This document shows positions 10,785-21,914 of a stretch of DNA of 21,914 nt, one piece after another (within the stretch, counting starts at the first letter, position 1; the number at the start of each line of letters is the position of its first letter). The position numbers and the translations under genes are program-made. This DNA is from Rotaria sordida (Eukaryota). The notes under the pieces are model-generated. The model was not told the DNA's origin and searched no databases. It saw only the letters and a list, made by a program, of their open reading frames with translations. The stretch lies in the NCBI GenBank assembly GCA_905250005.1, contig CAJNOH010001307.1, forward strand, positions 1 to 21,914, in the 5' to 3' direction.

Positions 10785-11954
10785 ACAAAGAAGAAATTTT
10801 GGATGTTTTTCATGGTGTTCTTCACGAAAATTTTTATTCAAACGATAGATTTCAAATCTATTTTTTGTTTTTTTAAATAATAATCTTATCAATTTTTTTC
10901 AGTTTTATCGTTAGTAAACAGTGAATCTATTATTTGACACCGTTCATAAGTGATGCATTTCCTTTTTTTTTTTTTAATAATTATCAAATAAATATTTTTA
11001 ATATTCACTGATTAAAAATCTCTCGATAGATATTATTCGACAAAAAAAAATAAAGTAATTTTTTGTTCAAATTCAATTTTTTCATCAAAGAATTCTATAT
11101 CTTTCAAATGTATCAGATTTTTTAAAATTATGAAAATAATTTTCGACTGATGTTCTTGTCTTATTTATAATTTATCATTTGATCAAGATATTACCTGGTA
11201 TTCTTTGTTTGTTTTTGAAAGAAAACAAAATTCATATTCATCTCTAATCAAACTTCATATATGCAAGAATTTCTAACTAACAATTATGTTATCAATTATT
11301 TCTATTATCATACTACATATTGTCAGGCAATTATCAACATCATTCACAGATACAGAACAATTTATACTAATTCTATTAAATATTCCAATAAAATATCTCT
11401 TTTGAAATTGAATACGAATAATTCGAAAAAGACTATTTAGATAAAGATAGCAGTACATCAATAGAGAAGATCTCAATATGTTATGCTATACAGAATCATT
11501 TATGAATAAGTTTTCGACTATAACTACACACAATGTAAATAAATTTGATAAAAGGCATTGCAGTGATCCATATATGAACCCATGTCCAAGACAAAAGTTA
11601 ACTTTCGTGCTCAAATTGATATCTATCGTTATCAAGACATCGTCAAAGTCGGTTAAAGACAGTTTACAAGCATTTTATTCGCAAACTTTCTTACATAAAG
11701 CCATATTCAGTATTTTATGGATATTATAATTTGTGAGCAGCAGTTTCCCAGACTTGTGTTTTTTCAGATTCTCCTATAAATCTCAGTATTCATTTTAATA
11801 TCACATGAAATTCATAGTTACAATTAGCAGATGGGAGCATCTGATTAACGAAATCTTATTTCCTCGACTGTAGGGAGGGTCATATGAAAAAAATTACATG
11901 CATTTGTATGCTTGTGACAAGTTCAAAGGTAAAAAAACCATGGGCTTAGAAAAA

Positions 11955-12150
11955 CTTAAAATTTGATCAAAGGTTTTCGGGGTTGAGGAATCGAATAGTA
12001 TCATTAGTTTTCGAAAATTTTCAAATGAATTTTTTTACTTAAAAAAGTCTTTTTTTAAGGAAATAATTTATTTTTATAAAGTTTGACCGAAGGTATTCGG
12101 AACCAAGAACTCGAGTGATATAATTAGCTTTGAAAAATTTTCGTAGTAGT
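11955..12150. repeat. Diverged direct duplication, period about 120 bp
   Basis: aaaatttgatcaaaggttttcggggttgaggaatcgaatagtatcattagttttcgaaaattttc versus taaagtttgaccgaaggtattcggaaccaagaactcgagtgatataattagctttgaaaaattttc. Confidence 0.55.
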
Positions 12151-12326
12151 TTTCTCACTCTATGCATCGATATATGGAACAGCAATTGGAGCTATGCCAG
12201 TGACACGTTCAGTCTTCGAGTCACTATAAGTCACTTTCTGATGGAAAGAATTGGTTTGAACACTATCAGTAACTGATGATGCCGGTCGATTTCTGGTCCC
12301 TGAAAACCTTGTATTGAGTTTTACAA

Positions 12327-12345
12327 GGGTGTGGGTGTGGGGGGA
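12327..12345. repeat. Isolated telomere-like G-rich tract without an evident partner arm
   Basis: gggtgtgggtgtgggggg. Confidence 0.55.
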
Positions 12346-12600
12346 ACAGGAATGATCAGCACGAGGAAAGATGAGCACGAAAGTGCTTGAGTGAAGATGT
12401 AGGCGTGGTTCGTGACAAGACCATATCGACACATTCCTATACTCATGTCCATTCATATTTTCCTTCTTTGTTTTGTATTACTCAATACTGTGGAGTTTAA
12501 CACTCCCGTGGTGATCGTTCACTGACCCATTTATTTAAATCAAATCTTACCAGAACGTAGATAATGATGTAGTATAAACATACTTCACTAGGTATGTAAG

Positions 12601-12773
12601 AGTGTGGGTGTGGGTGTATGGCTGTGGGTGTGAGTGTGGGTGGAGGGTGTGAGTATGAGTGAGTGGGTGTGTTTGAAGGTGGGTCCGCGGGTACGAGTGT
12701 GCTATTCCTAAATAATACATATCCACACTCACACCCACACTCACACCCACACCCACACCCACACCCGCACCCC
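12601..12773. repeat. Telomere-like foldback hairpin 4 (arms 12601-12684 and 12722-12773)
   Basis: agtgtgggtgtgggtgtatggctgtgggtgtgagtgtggg... followed by atccacactcacacccacactcacacccacacccacacccacacccgcaccc. Confidence 0.85.
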
Positions 12774-12791
12774 TGAACCTGATATATCGAA

Positions 12792-12857
12792 GGGTGTGGG
12801 TGTGGATGGATTTGGGTGTGTACTAGTCTTCCATTCATTCATACGCACACCCACATC
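12792..12857. repeat. Telomere-like foldback hairpin 5 (adjacent to hairpin 4)
   Basis: gggtgtgggtgtggatggatttgggtgtgt ... cgcacacccacatcc. Confidence 0.7.
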
Positions 12858-13748
12858 CCATTTATATGCGAGTTCGACCAAACCCACATGCCATACTTTG
12901 TATGACGAAATTACGACAGCTTCCGAGAGTTAATAGATCATGTATGACAATGTTTCGTTTCTCAACGAATAAAAGAGCTAGTTCAAAAACCAAACATAGC
13001 TTTTTTTTGTCGATAGATGCTGGTAATAAAAGAGTAAAATGAATCGTTGAAATAACTATCTTTGGTTAGTTGACATATTTAGAAGGTAATCCTCCGAATA
13101 TTGTCAGATCTATCTCATGAAATGCTTTACTGCCTAGTCATTTTATCTTACAGAGCAGGTTAAAATTGTTTCTTTTATCATGTAGTCTGATTAACAATTA
13201 CAAATAAAATACTTTGGAAAGACAAAAGCAACGCTAAATACACGAAAATGTAGCTGAATTTTCCATGTATCAGAAATATATCAATTTTAGTGTCAAATAT
13301 TTTTTTCGATTTCATTTTCAATAGAAAAAGTAGTCTAGAAAAATAAAAAATCTTACTTTTATGAGCAATTCGACGAGTTCTATTCAATCATACTAGACTT
13401 ATTCAAAAAAAACAATTTGGCTTCAAATTCGAATTGCCAGCAACTTACAGCTTTCTTGATATAGAACAATTGATAGTTCATTTACAAATCAATAAAAAAT
13501 GTTTACAAGCAAGGTAAACCTCTATTTATTCTATATATGTGTCATAGATACACACAAAAGAAGCAATGGATGATTAATTGATACGATGAAAGCGTCACTA
13601 ACGTAACCAAAAAAATGAAGACAAATAAACAAGAAGAAAATTAATGTAAAGCAAATGTCATGACACTCTATTTGATTTCTAAGTCAGTCTTGACTGTGGA
13701 AAGCGCGCTTTGTTGCTGGATAGTCACTTTTGGTTAATGAGATAATGC

Positions 13749-15343
13749 TTAAGAAGCCATATGCTTGTCTTTACGTTCTCTAGTAGCATTTTGCATAATT
13801 GTGATTGGTCTAATGCGAATATTGCGACGATCGAAACACTTATTTATCAATGTGCTTACAATAGCATATAATTCATGTCGAAATGCACGTGACACTAATA
13901 CGTATAAGTAAAATGATGACACAGGAAACAGATAAGCACACATTTCTGTTGCAGTAAATGCAAATTTTTCAATAGCCAAACGATCGGCTGACTTATTTGA
14001 TACATTGTTGGCTATAGCTCCGTACATTGTTCGAACGAATTGAGGTATTTGAACAATACAATAGAAAGTGACTTGTACAAACAACATGATTAATGCTTGT
14101 TGATCACGAATACGTTGAGCACTTGAATTAGTATTCGATCGAGCAGTGGCATTATTAGGATTGGTCTGTTTTCCACAGAGATTTCGTTTCATTGCAAGAT
14201 TATATCGAATGAGTATTGCAGTTGTAATCATGATTGTTGCCGGAAGAATACCACCCATAGTTATAGTATAGATACTATGATAGAATGCTATTGATCCGCT
14301 ATATGAAAGGGTACAAATATTAGCCACTGAGTTTATCTCATAATATATAATCATATGAATGGGTAAGATAAGCCAAACAACAATCGTGTATGCAATCGTA
14401 TAACGTGCAATGTGTACTTGAGCAAATTTTCGTATGCGAGAACTTCTTGAAGTTAATGCATATCGATCGATACAAGCAATAGCTACTAACCAACGTCCCA
14501 TCATGACAGTTGATTGCACTATATAGGGACGTGACTTGCAAAAAGCATGTATTGTTGTCATCGGATCGGGATGATCAAGTGCATAGAGATTTGCAGCAGA
14601 ACCAAAACATATAAGTATTAATAAAACTACTGAAGCTGCCAATAAGTCTATAGAAAACAAGAAATTTATGATTTAACATTTTTCAAATATCTTCATCAAA
14701 GAATATGTTTGAAGATTATAATTATTTACTAAGAAACAAGACTTTAATTGAAAAATTCGAAAGCATATCCCATATTGAAAAGATAACTATCCTTGGAAAA
14801 TTATATCGTTAATCCAAAAATCGATACTGATTTCAACAATCAGTAGAACAGTCATTTAAAAAAAATAGTTCACCGATAAAATTGATTCTTATTGTGATAT
14901 ATTAATAATATAGGTAAGCTAATAGAAATACATTTTGTAATGGGAAAACATAAGGAAATCTAAATAATGTATACAATTCCTCAAAATACAATGTAACGTT
15001 TCATAACGTCATATAATGATTTCTAATGATTTCAGGAAAATATATGTACTCCCGAAAAACTTCGCTGCGTGTACGAATATATCCACATGACGTTACAAGA
15101 ATATATGTGACACATGTATAGAGGAAACTCTCTGAGTTGAAGCATTACAAAATGTAACTGTATTTGTGTACCCCTCAAATGATACTTACAATTGCAGCAT
15201 GATGTTATGCGAAATTGTCGTCGTGACAAAATAATAATATTGAGTAAACAGCCTGGAACACCAAATATGAGCCATGACGAATAACCATAACGAATTAATT
15301 GTAGTCCGGCACTGGCAAGCAATGTTGGTAGTTCTGTAGGCAT
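13749..15343 (-). CDS. Rhodopsin-like 7TM G-protein-coupled receptor (exon 1 15343..15190, 542-nt intron, exon 2 14647..13749; about 350 aa)
   Basis: Exon 1 gives MPTELPTLLASAGLQLIRYGYSSWLIFGVPGCLLNIIILSRRQFRITSCCN (TM1) and ends at a perfect GTAAGT donor (15189). Exon 2 begins after TTTTCTATAG. The phase-1 join gives SCCN-Y-LLAASVVLLILICFG (TM2). A DRY-type motif (ACIDRYALTSR) follows TM3, with further hydrophobic helices to MAS*. Confidence 0.85.
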
Positions 15344-17120
15344 TTTTATGAGAATGAATAAATTCTCTTAGTCCTTCCGTTTCCTTCTTGTTTTAAAATC
15401 TAAATGTGTAAAAAAAAAACCTTATCAGCGCAACTTATGTATTTCATTCTAACCTGGGTAAACCAATTAAAATTTGTAAAATGAAAACTTTCTTAAAGAT
15501 TATACTTGTTCTTTGAAACGAATTGATCATTAGAGAAAAAATCTGCCTTATTTATTTCCACACTTTCAAAAGTTATTTATTAGTTTCTTCGTCACTCACT
15601 TTCACATTTACACTATTATTTGTTTTGTTTTCATTTTTTTTAATGATTTAATATAATTATCTTTTTTTTCTAATCAGTAATGGATTGTTAATCTCTGTAA
15701 TGGGATGAAAGGAACCGTAAAAACTCGCTTTTAAACTTACGCTCGCTATTTTCTTCAAAAATGTATGTCAATTGCGAAAAGTAATCTTGATAAGTTGTAT
15801 ATTTACTATGTGGAGATACATTGACGTCTGTTTATACGAAAGAAGTGACAGATTTCATCATAGGTTTATAAATAGATATATAACAGAATACTGAAAACAA
15901 ATTTTAATAAAATACTGGAATTTGAAATATAGAAATATCAGCTTGTCACAAAAAAAATCTAATGTCTACCATAGACGGATCTATTTCAGAAGATGAAGAA
16001 AAATGAAATACGTTGTTATATCTCTTGATAAATTTAATTAATATAAATAGTGATGATGTAAGAAACACCGAAATTCTGTAATTTTATCTAATCTTCATGT
16101 AAATGTTACATAGATCAATTTTCAATTAAGAACGTCATAAGAGTAATAATGATGAAAAAGAAAATACCATCATAAAAACATATTTTATGCAAAGTGACTT
16201 GTTTAGAGTAAACAAAGATAGTTAGAAAAATAAAGTTTTCATGTTTGAGATGCATAGGTTAGTGTTTGAAATCAATATTTGAATAATTTTCTGAAAATAG
16301 TCTTTATTTGAAAGTTATATCGAAGTGCGTAAAATAATTATGATTCATATTTCACTATTTCCCGTTGATTCATATAGCATAGTGATGCAAAAGAAATGCA
16401 TTGCATTCCATATTGAGGTCCAGATATTTTGAAATATCAACGAAATATAAAGAGGAAAATTCAGATCAAGAAAAAATCTTTTCTTTTAATTATGTAGTGA
16501 ATTGAAGAAGAAAAGAATTGAGAATAAACAAGATGCAGTATCATTTAATTCATGTGTTAGACTTTTTAAAGGCATTTCATTTTTAATCTAGATTTTGTTT
16601 CCTATATTAAATAACATTCATTAGAATGCGTCAAAGATTAATGCAAGTAAGTGGAGCTCACAAGCATATATTATTAGGTAGAATAACAATGACAGTGAAT
16701 CTTACCATGACACTTCATTAAAACCAAAGGGGTGATTTAATTATTTGACCTTCTGATACGAAAGCCTTTTAAGCATACATCATCAATATAATTTCATCAA
16801 ACAAAAATTATTTTTATTCATTAAGATTTATTTCTTCAATTAGAGTTTGTTTTTTCTTTTTACTGGAACATATAAATCATTATACAATGACCGTAATTAA
16901 TGTACATATTCTAAAGCATCCATAATGGCTTATATACACAATATAAGAAGAAATGACAAGTAGAATTGTACATTATTATGTATAAAATCCATTCAATCTA
17001 GAGTGTTACAAAGTAGTTGTCAATGTTTCAAACGATTGTATGTTTCAATTCAATCTAACCTCGTTTCAAATAAATTCGAGTACACTTACTGAAATCAATC
17101 AACTTGTGTCACAATATAGA

Positions 17121-17220
17121 AGGGTCTGGATGTGGGTGTGGGTGTTGGTCTCCTCGCAGGGTACACCCACCCACACCCAAACGCACACGCACACGCACAC
17201 CCACACTCACACCCCACCCG
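17121..17220. repeat. Telomere-like foldback hairpin 6 (arms 17121-17149, 17163-17220)
   Basis: agggtctggatgtgggtgtgggtgttgg ... acacccacccacacccaaacgcacacgcacac...caccc. Confidence 0.8.
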
Positions 17221-17640
17221 CATTAGTACGTAGTGTATGTGTGAATTTACATATGAACTTCTGTCAGTGACCAATATGCTCATACTCAAAAATTAATTTA
17301 GAACCGCCACAAAGTATTACGTGAAGTAGTGTAATCAAATCGAAACAGCGAACATGTTTTTTTTTATCGAATATTTAGTGGATGGTATTGGGTGCAAAAT
17401 GATAATTTGAACGTTTTCATTTGATTACAGCTATTCAACCTAATAACAATCCTGTAAAATTCTCGCTTTTTGAATTTTCAGGATTCTGGCTAATTAAACT
17501 TCGTAGAAGAAATACACTCAATAGAATAAGAAGAAATAATTGTATATTGAAAAGTTCCAAACATAAGAGGATAGTCTTCCTTGGAATTTCAAAAGAGAAA
17601 CTTTTTCTGATTTTTTGCTTATATTATCAATTAGGTCCAG

Positions 17641-17778
17641 GGTGGGTGTGGGTGTGTGTGGGTGTGGGGTGTGGGTGGGTGTGGGTGTGGGTGTGGGTGT
17701 GGGTGTGAGTGTTTTTGTGATGTTCTTAGTTCAAGTTACACCAGCATCCACACCAACACCCACACCCACACCCAACAC
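17641..17778. repeat. Telomere-like foldback hairpin 7 (arms 17641-17711, 17741-17778)
   Basis: ggtgggtgtgggtgtgtgtgggtgtggggtgtgggtgggtgtgggtgtgggtgtgggtgtgggtgtgag ... ccagcatccacaccaacacccacacccacacccaacac. Confidence 0.85.
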
Positions 17779-18476
17779 TGTGATAAAGATTTTTACCCGA
17801 GATTTTCAGTAGAATTTACGGGAAGAAATCATTCTGAAAGTGACACTCATCCGATTAAAGATGTAAAGAATCAGAGAGCTGCCAATGGAAAATTCAATCG
17901 GGTTATTGGAAGATGTGGGTTCGATTCTCATTCTGCTTAAATGATTCTTTCTGTTTAGTCTTTCGTACTAAATGGAGCGTGTCATGTGGATATATTTCGA
18001 CTGATCACATAAATATAATTCTGTGGATAGATAAAATGATTATAGATAGTTCTATATGAACTCATTTTATGCTTTCTCTTTCGACTGAATCATTTCAAAC
18101 TCACCCTCAAGATGTGAACATTATAATACTCCCTTTCTTCAAAACAAATAAACAAAACCATTTCATATGAAATTTTCTATTTTTTGTTTCATTGAATGAA
18201 CTTTTCTATATAATATAAGCCTTTCTTTGTTTCAATGTCTACCAGAACTTTTTATTTCAGATTCCATAACCTCACTTCAGCTAAACAATTTAATTTTATG
18301 CAGTATTTCTAAATTCCGAACTTTACCGTCAAGTTCCTTAAGCAAGGACGAAACGATCGTCGTAAGTCGCTTGGAATTATATCTAATAAACTCACCTTTC
18401 AGATAGGTGATCGCTTCACAGATCTAGCAATGAATACGTGTTCTCATTAATCTTTACTGTCACACAAAAAATGAAA

Positions 18477-21400
18477 TTAGAGTTGTGTTACATCGAACAA
18501 CGAACGAACTGTTACGTTTAAATTACTACTGACACCATTGCTCATTGGTGACCACGAATGAAAACTGACAGTTCTTCTTGTCTCGAACATATGGAAGCCA
18601 TTGCGTGAAAAATAGCCACTAGTATCAATCGACACATCAAGCCAGACAAAGAGCGCTGGTCGTGTGGCTGTGATTGTGATGCTCACTTCTGTTGGTGACA
18701 CTTGCTGAACATTTTCAATGCGAAGGTTTGGTTGGTAGAGTTGATAGTTTTTCGGTTGTGTGAAGAACAGAGTGTGTCCAATATCCTCTTGCGTGCTGTT
18801 GTAAGTACAGTGAAAGAGACATTGACTACCGTTGGAGCAACCAGCGCTTTTCATCACTGTTGTATACGGAAGATCAACGATGTGTTTCACATCAGGTGCG
18901 TTGATGGAAACATCAAATGCAACTGATGATCGAACAGCAAATGTATCGAGTGAGAAAAATGAACACATCGTCCGACCACTTGTACCATTGAGGAGTTCGT
19001 TAACCAGATAGACAGAAATGCGAGCATTTTCATCGGTCACTTTGGCGAGGTATGGTGCGAGAATGGGTACTAGATAGACAGGTTCAAACATACGTTGAAC
19101 ATAGTAATGACCCATTTTCCATTTCAATCCATATTCAATCGTTGCCCAGGTGGGTGCTTGCCAAATATCATTGATTTGCCAATACATGAAGCCCATCGTA
19201 TGACTAGAATGAATAAACAAACAACCTCAAATGCCGTAAAAAGAACTGATAATAATATCAGTAGAAACCTATTTACCCTTCACTTGTCTTTGGATCAATC
19301 ATATCAATAGAGGAATGAATTCTACACACATCATTAATACTTTTCAATGTCATCGCTTGATTGATTTGACTCAAATAGATCATATGAACGAATTCCTGTA
19401 ACGGATTACTCGTCACCGGTAATGGTAGATTGCTTTTAATTTGATTTCTGAAAAGAACAAAGCATTATTGAGAGGAAAGTTCTCCGACAATGTACGGTGA
19501 ATTTACAATAGATCGTTGATTTTGTTGGGAGAATGCTCTCGATGCTGGTAAAAAGCGCTACCATACTGCAAATCACTGATATTGTGTGTCACTTGATACC
19601 ATGAATCTAGACTAGGTAGTGATTGAAGGCCCGTTTCTGACATAAAACGAGGAATGGGATACGTGTTTGGATCCCATGTATCATTAGTATATTCATAGAA
19701 GTGCACATCGCCTAGAACAGTTCGTTATCAATGAACCAAGTAAAAAACGACTTCTGCTCAACTTACCATAGAGTGGATCTTGAGGATTTCTAGCGGTGTA
19801 ATTTTCATTCACTGATTCCAGACCATTGCTAGGCGATGAGACAACGAATAGTCGATTATTACCTTTGTCTACTTCTTGTATAGCCTTCATAATGACATCC
19901 AAATAAAGTTTTCGATAATCATGTTTCGCTTTGTCCATTCGATCTGCTGGTATTTTAAACCAATTTTGAGCAAGTGCTACCTCAATTTCATTGTTTGCAC
20001 TGATCATAACAAGCGATGGATGTGACTGAAGTCGTTTCATTTGATAGAGTACTTCATTACGCGCAAGCATTAGAAAAGATTCATCCATTGGGTACCTAAA
20101 CAGAATAGAAAAATAGAAGAGAGAAAGGATTTTTACAAGCAAAATATTACAGAGTATTAGCGAACATGAGATCATGCCACACCATGATGCCTAAACGGTC
20201 ATTCATTTCGTAGAATGAATCACTTTCATAGAAGTCAACACCCGATATACGTAGGATATTCATATTAGCCAATTGAGCTGAGCGAAGTAGTTGTTCGAGT
20301 CTTTTGTCTGGCACTCGTTCGCGAAATGCATCAGGTGGAACCCAATTAGTTCCTTTAATAAATATTGACCGACCATTAATGACGAAGTAAAACGACAGTC
20401 CTTTGATGTTCGGCCCGTAAGAGTGTTGAACAAGTTCAACTGTTCGAAAGCCGATCAAACGTGATCCAATTAGTTCACCTTGGTTGTAGACAGATAGTGT
20501 GTACAGTGTTTGATCTCCATACCCATTGGGCCACCACAGTTGAACAGTGTCATTGGGAATCCAAAGTGACAAGGAGACGTGCTGATTGAATGTAATATTC
20601 GACTGATACGTGAACGAAGTATTCTCTAAGACGAAGTTTAGTTCGCTGACAAAAGGATCGTTGCTACTACTAAGCAGCACATCCACTCGCCATTGATTGA
20701 CAGATTTCTGATAAGAAGCCACATTGACACTTTCCAATGTAATAACTATTTCGGTGGAATGTGTGCCCTGGAGGTAGAGATTACCGGGGATGCCGATAGG
20801 AGCAAATGCTGGACCCTAGAAGGAGAAGAGAAAATTGAAGGTGAATGTTGTATTGAGCAGGATTGATAGTCGATGAATTACTATTACTACTGAAGACCTG
20901 AAAAGATCCCTGTATTTATTAAAACTTTGAATTGTTCTTTAGAAAGTCCCAAAATGGAACAATTCTCAACAGTAGTATTATTTCAATCATTTCGACGACT
21001 GTTTTCTTACCCAATCCCAACTGAATGAGCATATTTCCTTTCGAATAAACTGAATATGACATTCACCGTGCTGCACAGCTAACGGACATTCTGGCAGAAC
21101 TGTTTCATTGTATGCTTTTGCTTGATCTGCTGCATATATTACTGGCGATTCAAAGTCAATTCGAAGTTCATTATTTGATTGTAGACATGAACTTGTTACA
21201 TTAAACGAGTACAGTATGAACATACTGTTTGTTCGACCAATAAAACAACCATTGAGGGTTATATTTGCTACTGTGTCAATCTGGTCAAAATGAATTGTAA
21301 ATTGGGTCAACGATAGAAAATCAACGGTCAAAGAAAACTTCTTCCAAAATGTCCATGAGCTGTATACCAAATAGCGTAGGTTAACATCATTGTAACCGAA

Positions 21401-21589
21401 ATAAGGATCCGGAATAAGTTTGGCGGCAAAAAGAATGGTATGTATGGTGCCAGGTACCTGTCCCTGTGCAGAAAGAGATTGATTGTTGCTTATTACCCAA
21501 TCATTCCCAGCTAATGGAACCACGGTCACAGCATGTGAAGACGCGAAGAAACAAACAGAAAGTGCTAATAATGATAATAGAGAAGTCAT
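18477..21589 (-). CDS. MANBA: Beta-mannosidase (glycoside hydrolase family 2), lysosomal/secretory type, six exons: 21589..21011, 20815..20151, 20095..19767, 19711..19507, 19447..19277, 19203..18477
   Basis: All five introns are GT..AG and keep frame: 2676 nt = 892 codons including stop. The product starts with a signal-peptide-like MTSLLSLLALSVCFFASSHA and contains CSFSWDWGPAFAPIGIPG, WWPNGYG, FYFVINGRSIFIKGTNWVPPDAF, SHPSLVMISANNEIEVALAQNW (acid/base Glu region), RFMSETGLQSLPS (nucleophile region) and HTMGFMYWQINDIWQAPTWATIEYGLKWKMGHYY, all typical of animal beta-mannosidases. Confidence 0.95.
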
Positions 21590-21914
21590 TTGCTATTTTG
21601 ATTGCGCCGGGTTTCGTGAATTGAATAGTCAACTAGAAAATAACTGACATAAGAATATCAAGGGATCTTTTCTAACAATCACTGGATGGCTGTGATCAAT
21701 GTAACGATGCTGACTAGGGATGTATCAATATCAAATCTAACCCAAAGCTTTTGAATTTTGGGTGGTTTTGGATTTAGGTGTTTCGGAATTTGAGTAGATT
21801 TGGATTTGGTGTTGGGTTTTGGGTTTTGGTATTTTCATTCATGATATCGAGTACTATGACACAATGGTCTAATTTAGTTACCAAGCTGCGTAGAGTAAGA
21901 ATAGGTAGAGAGGA

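Noticed and set aside
12497-12838. Long ORFs over GT/CA-rich DNA (12497..12838, 5796..6032, 17421..17708, 2977..3180 and others) with VGVGVGCGCG or THTHPHPH peptides
   Set aside because: These are translations of the hexamer repeats; low complexity and no coding signal.
12601-12857. CRISPR-like array
   Set aside because: Repeats are contiguous degenerate hexamers with no unique spacers of regular length, in a clearly intron-bearing eukaryotic context.
14660-14660. GPCR starting at 14660 as in the ORF track
   Set aside because: That codon is TTG inside the intron polypyrimidine region; the real exon begins after TTTTCTATAG at 14647 and joins TM1 from 15343..15190.
18702-20175. Plus-strand ORFs 18702..18926 and 19095..19310 opposite the beta-mannosidase gene
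   Set aside because: They lie antisense to well-supported exons and show no domain-like content.
19503-20737. Separate minus-strand ORFs interpreted as several genes or frameshifted beta-mannosidase
   Set aside because: All five introns have proper GT..AG ends and consistent phases, giving one full-length enzyme.
1-21914. Window as a true telomere end
   Set aside because: The telomere-like tracts are short, interstitial, degenerate and paired in opposite orientation, with ordinary genes on both sides. A subtelomeric location is possible but not shown.

Overview
AT-rich eukaryotic accessory-type DNA. The very short introns (about 51-60 nt), F-box and B-box type genes and TGTGGG-type repeats suggest a bdelloid rotifer; this is an inference, no database was searched. 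Supported features: (i) a complete six-exon beta-mannosidase (GH2, MANBA-like) gene on the minus strand, 18477-21589, which splices in frame to about 891 aa; (ii) a two-exon rhodopsin-like GPCR gene on the minus strand, 13749-15343; (iii) an F-box/LRR-like gene on the plus strand from 9024, where an apparent internal stop is explained by a 60-nt phase-1 intron; (iv) a small B-box/zinc-finger-like gene fragment at 405-892 (-) with a 55-nt intron; (v) a decayed VPS13/chorein-like gene fragment at about 3818-5775 (-), with one coding exon interrupted by a 435-bp foldback MITE. Non-coding structure: at least seven short hairpins built of telomere-like (TGTGGG)n followed by (CCCACA)n, always G-rich arm first; a 1.41-kb terminal-inverted-repeat element (6260-7670) whose ends are packed with the palindrome GAGTACTC; and several smaller inverted or tandem repeats. 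No CRISPR array, rRNA or tRNA was recognised. The least explained signal is the family of telomere-repeat foldback hairpins.
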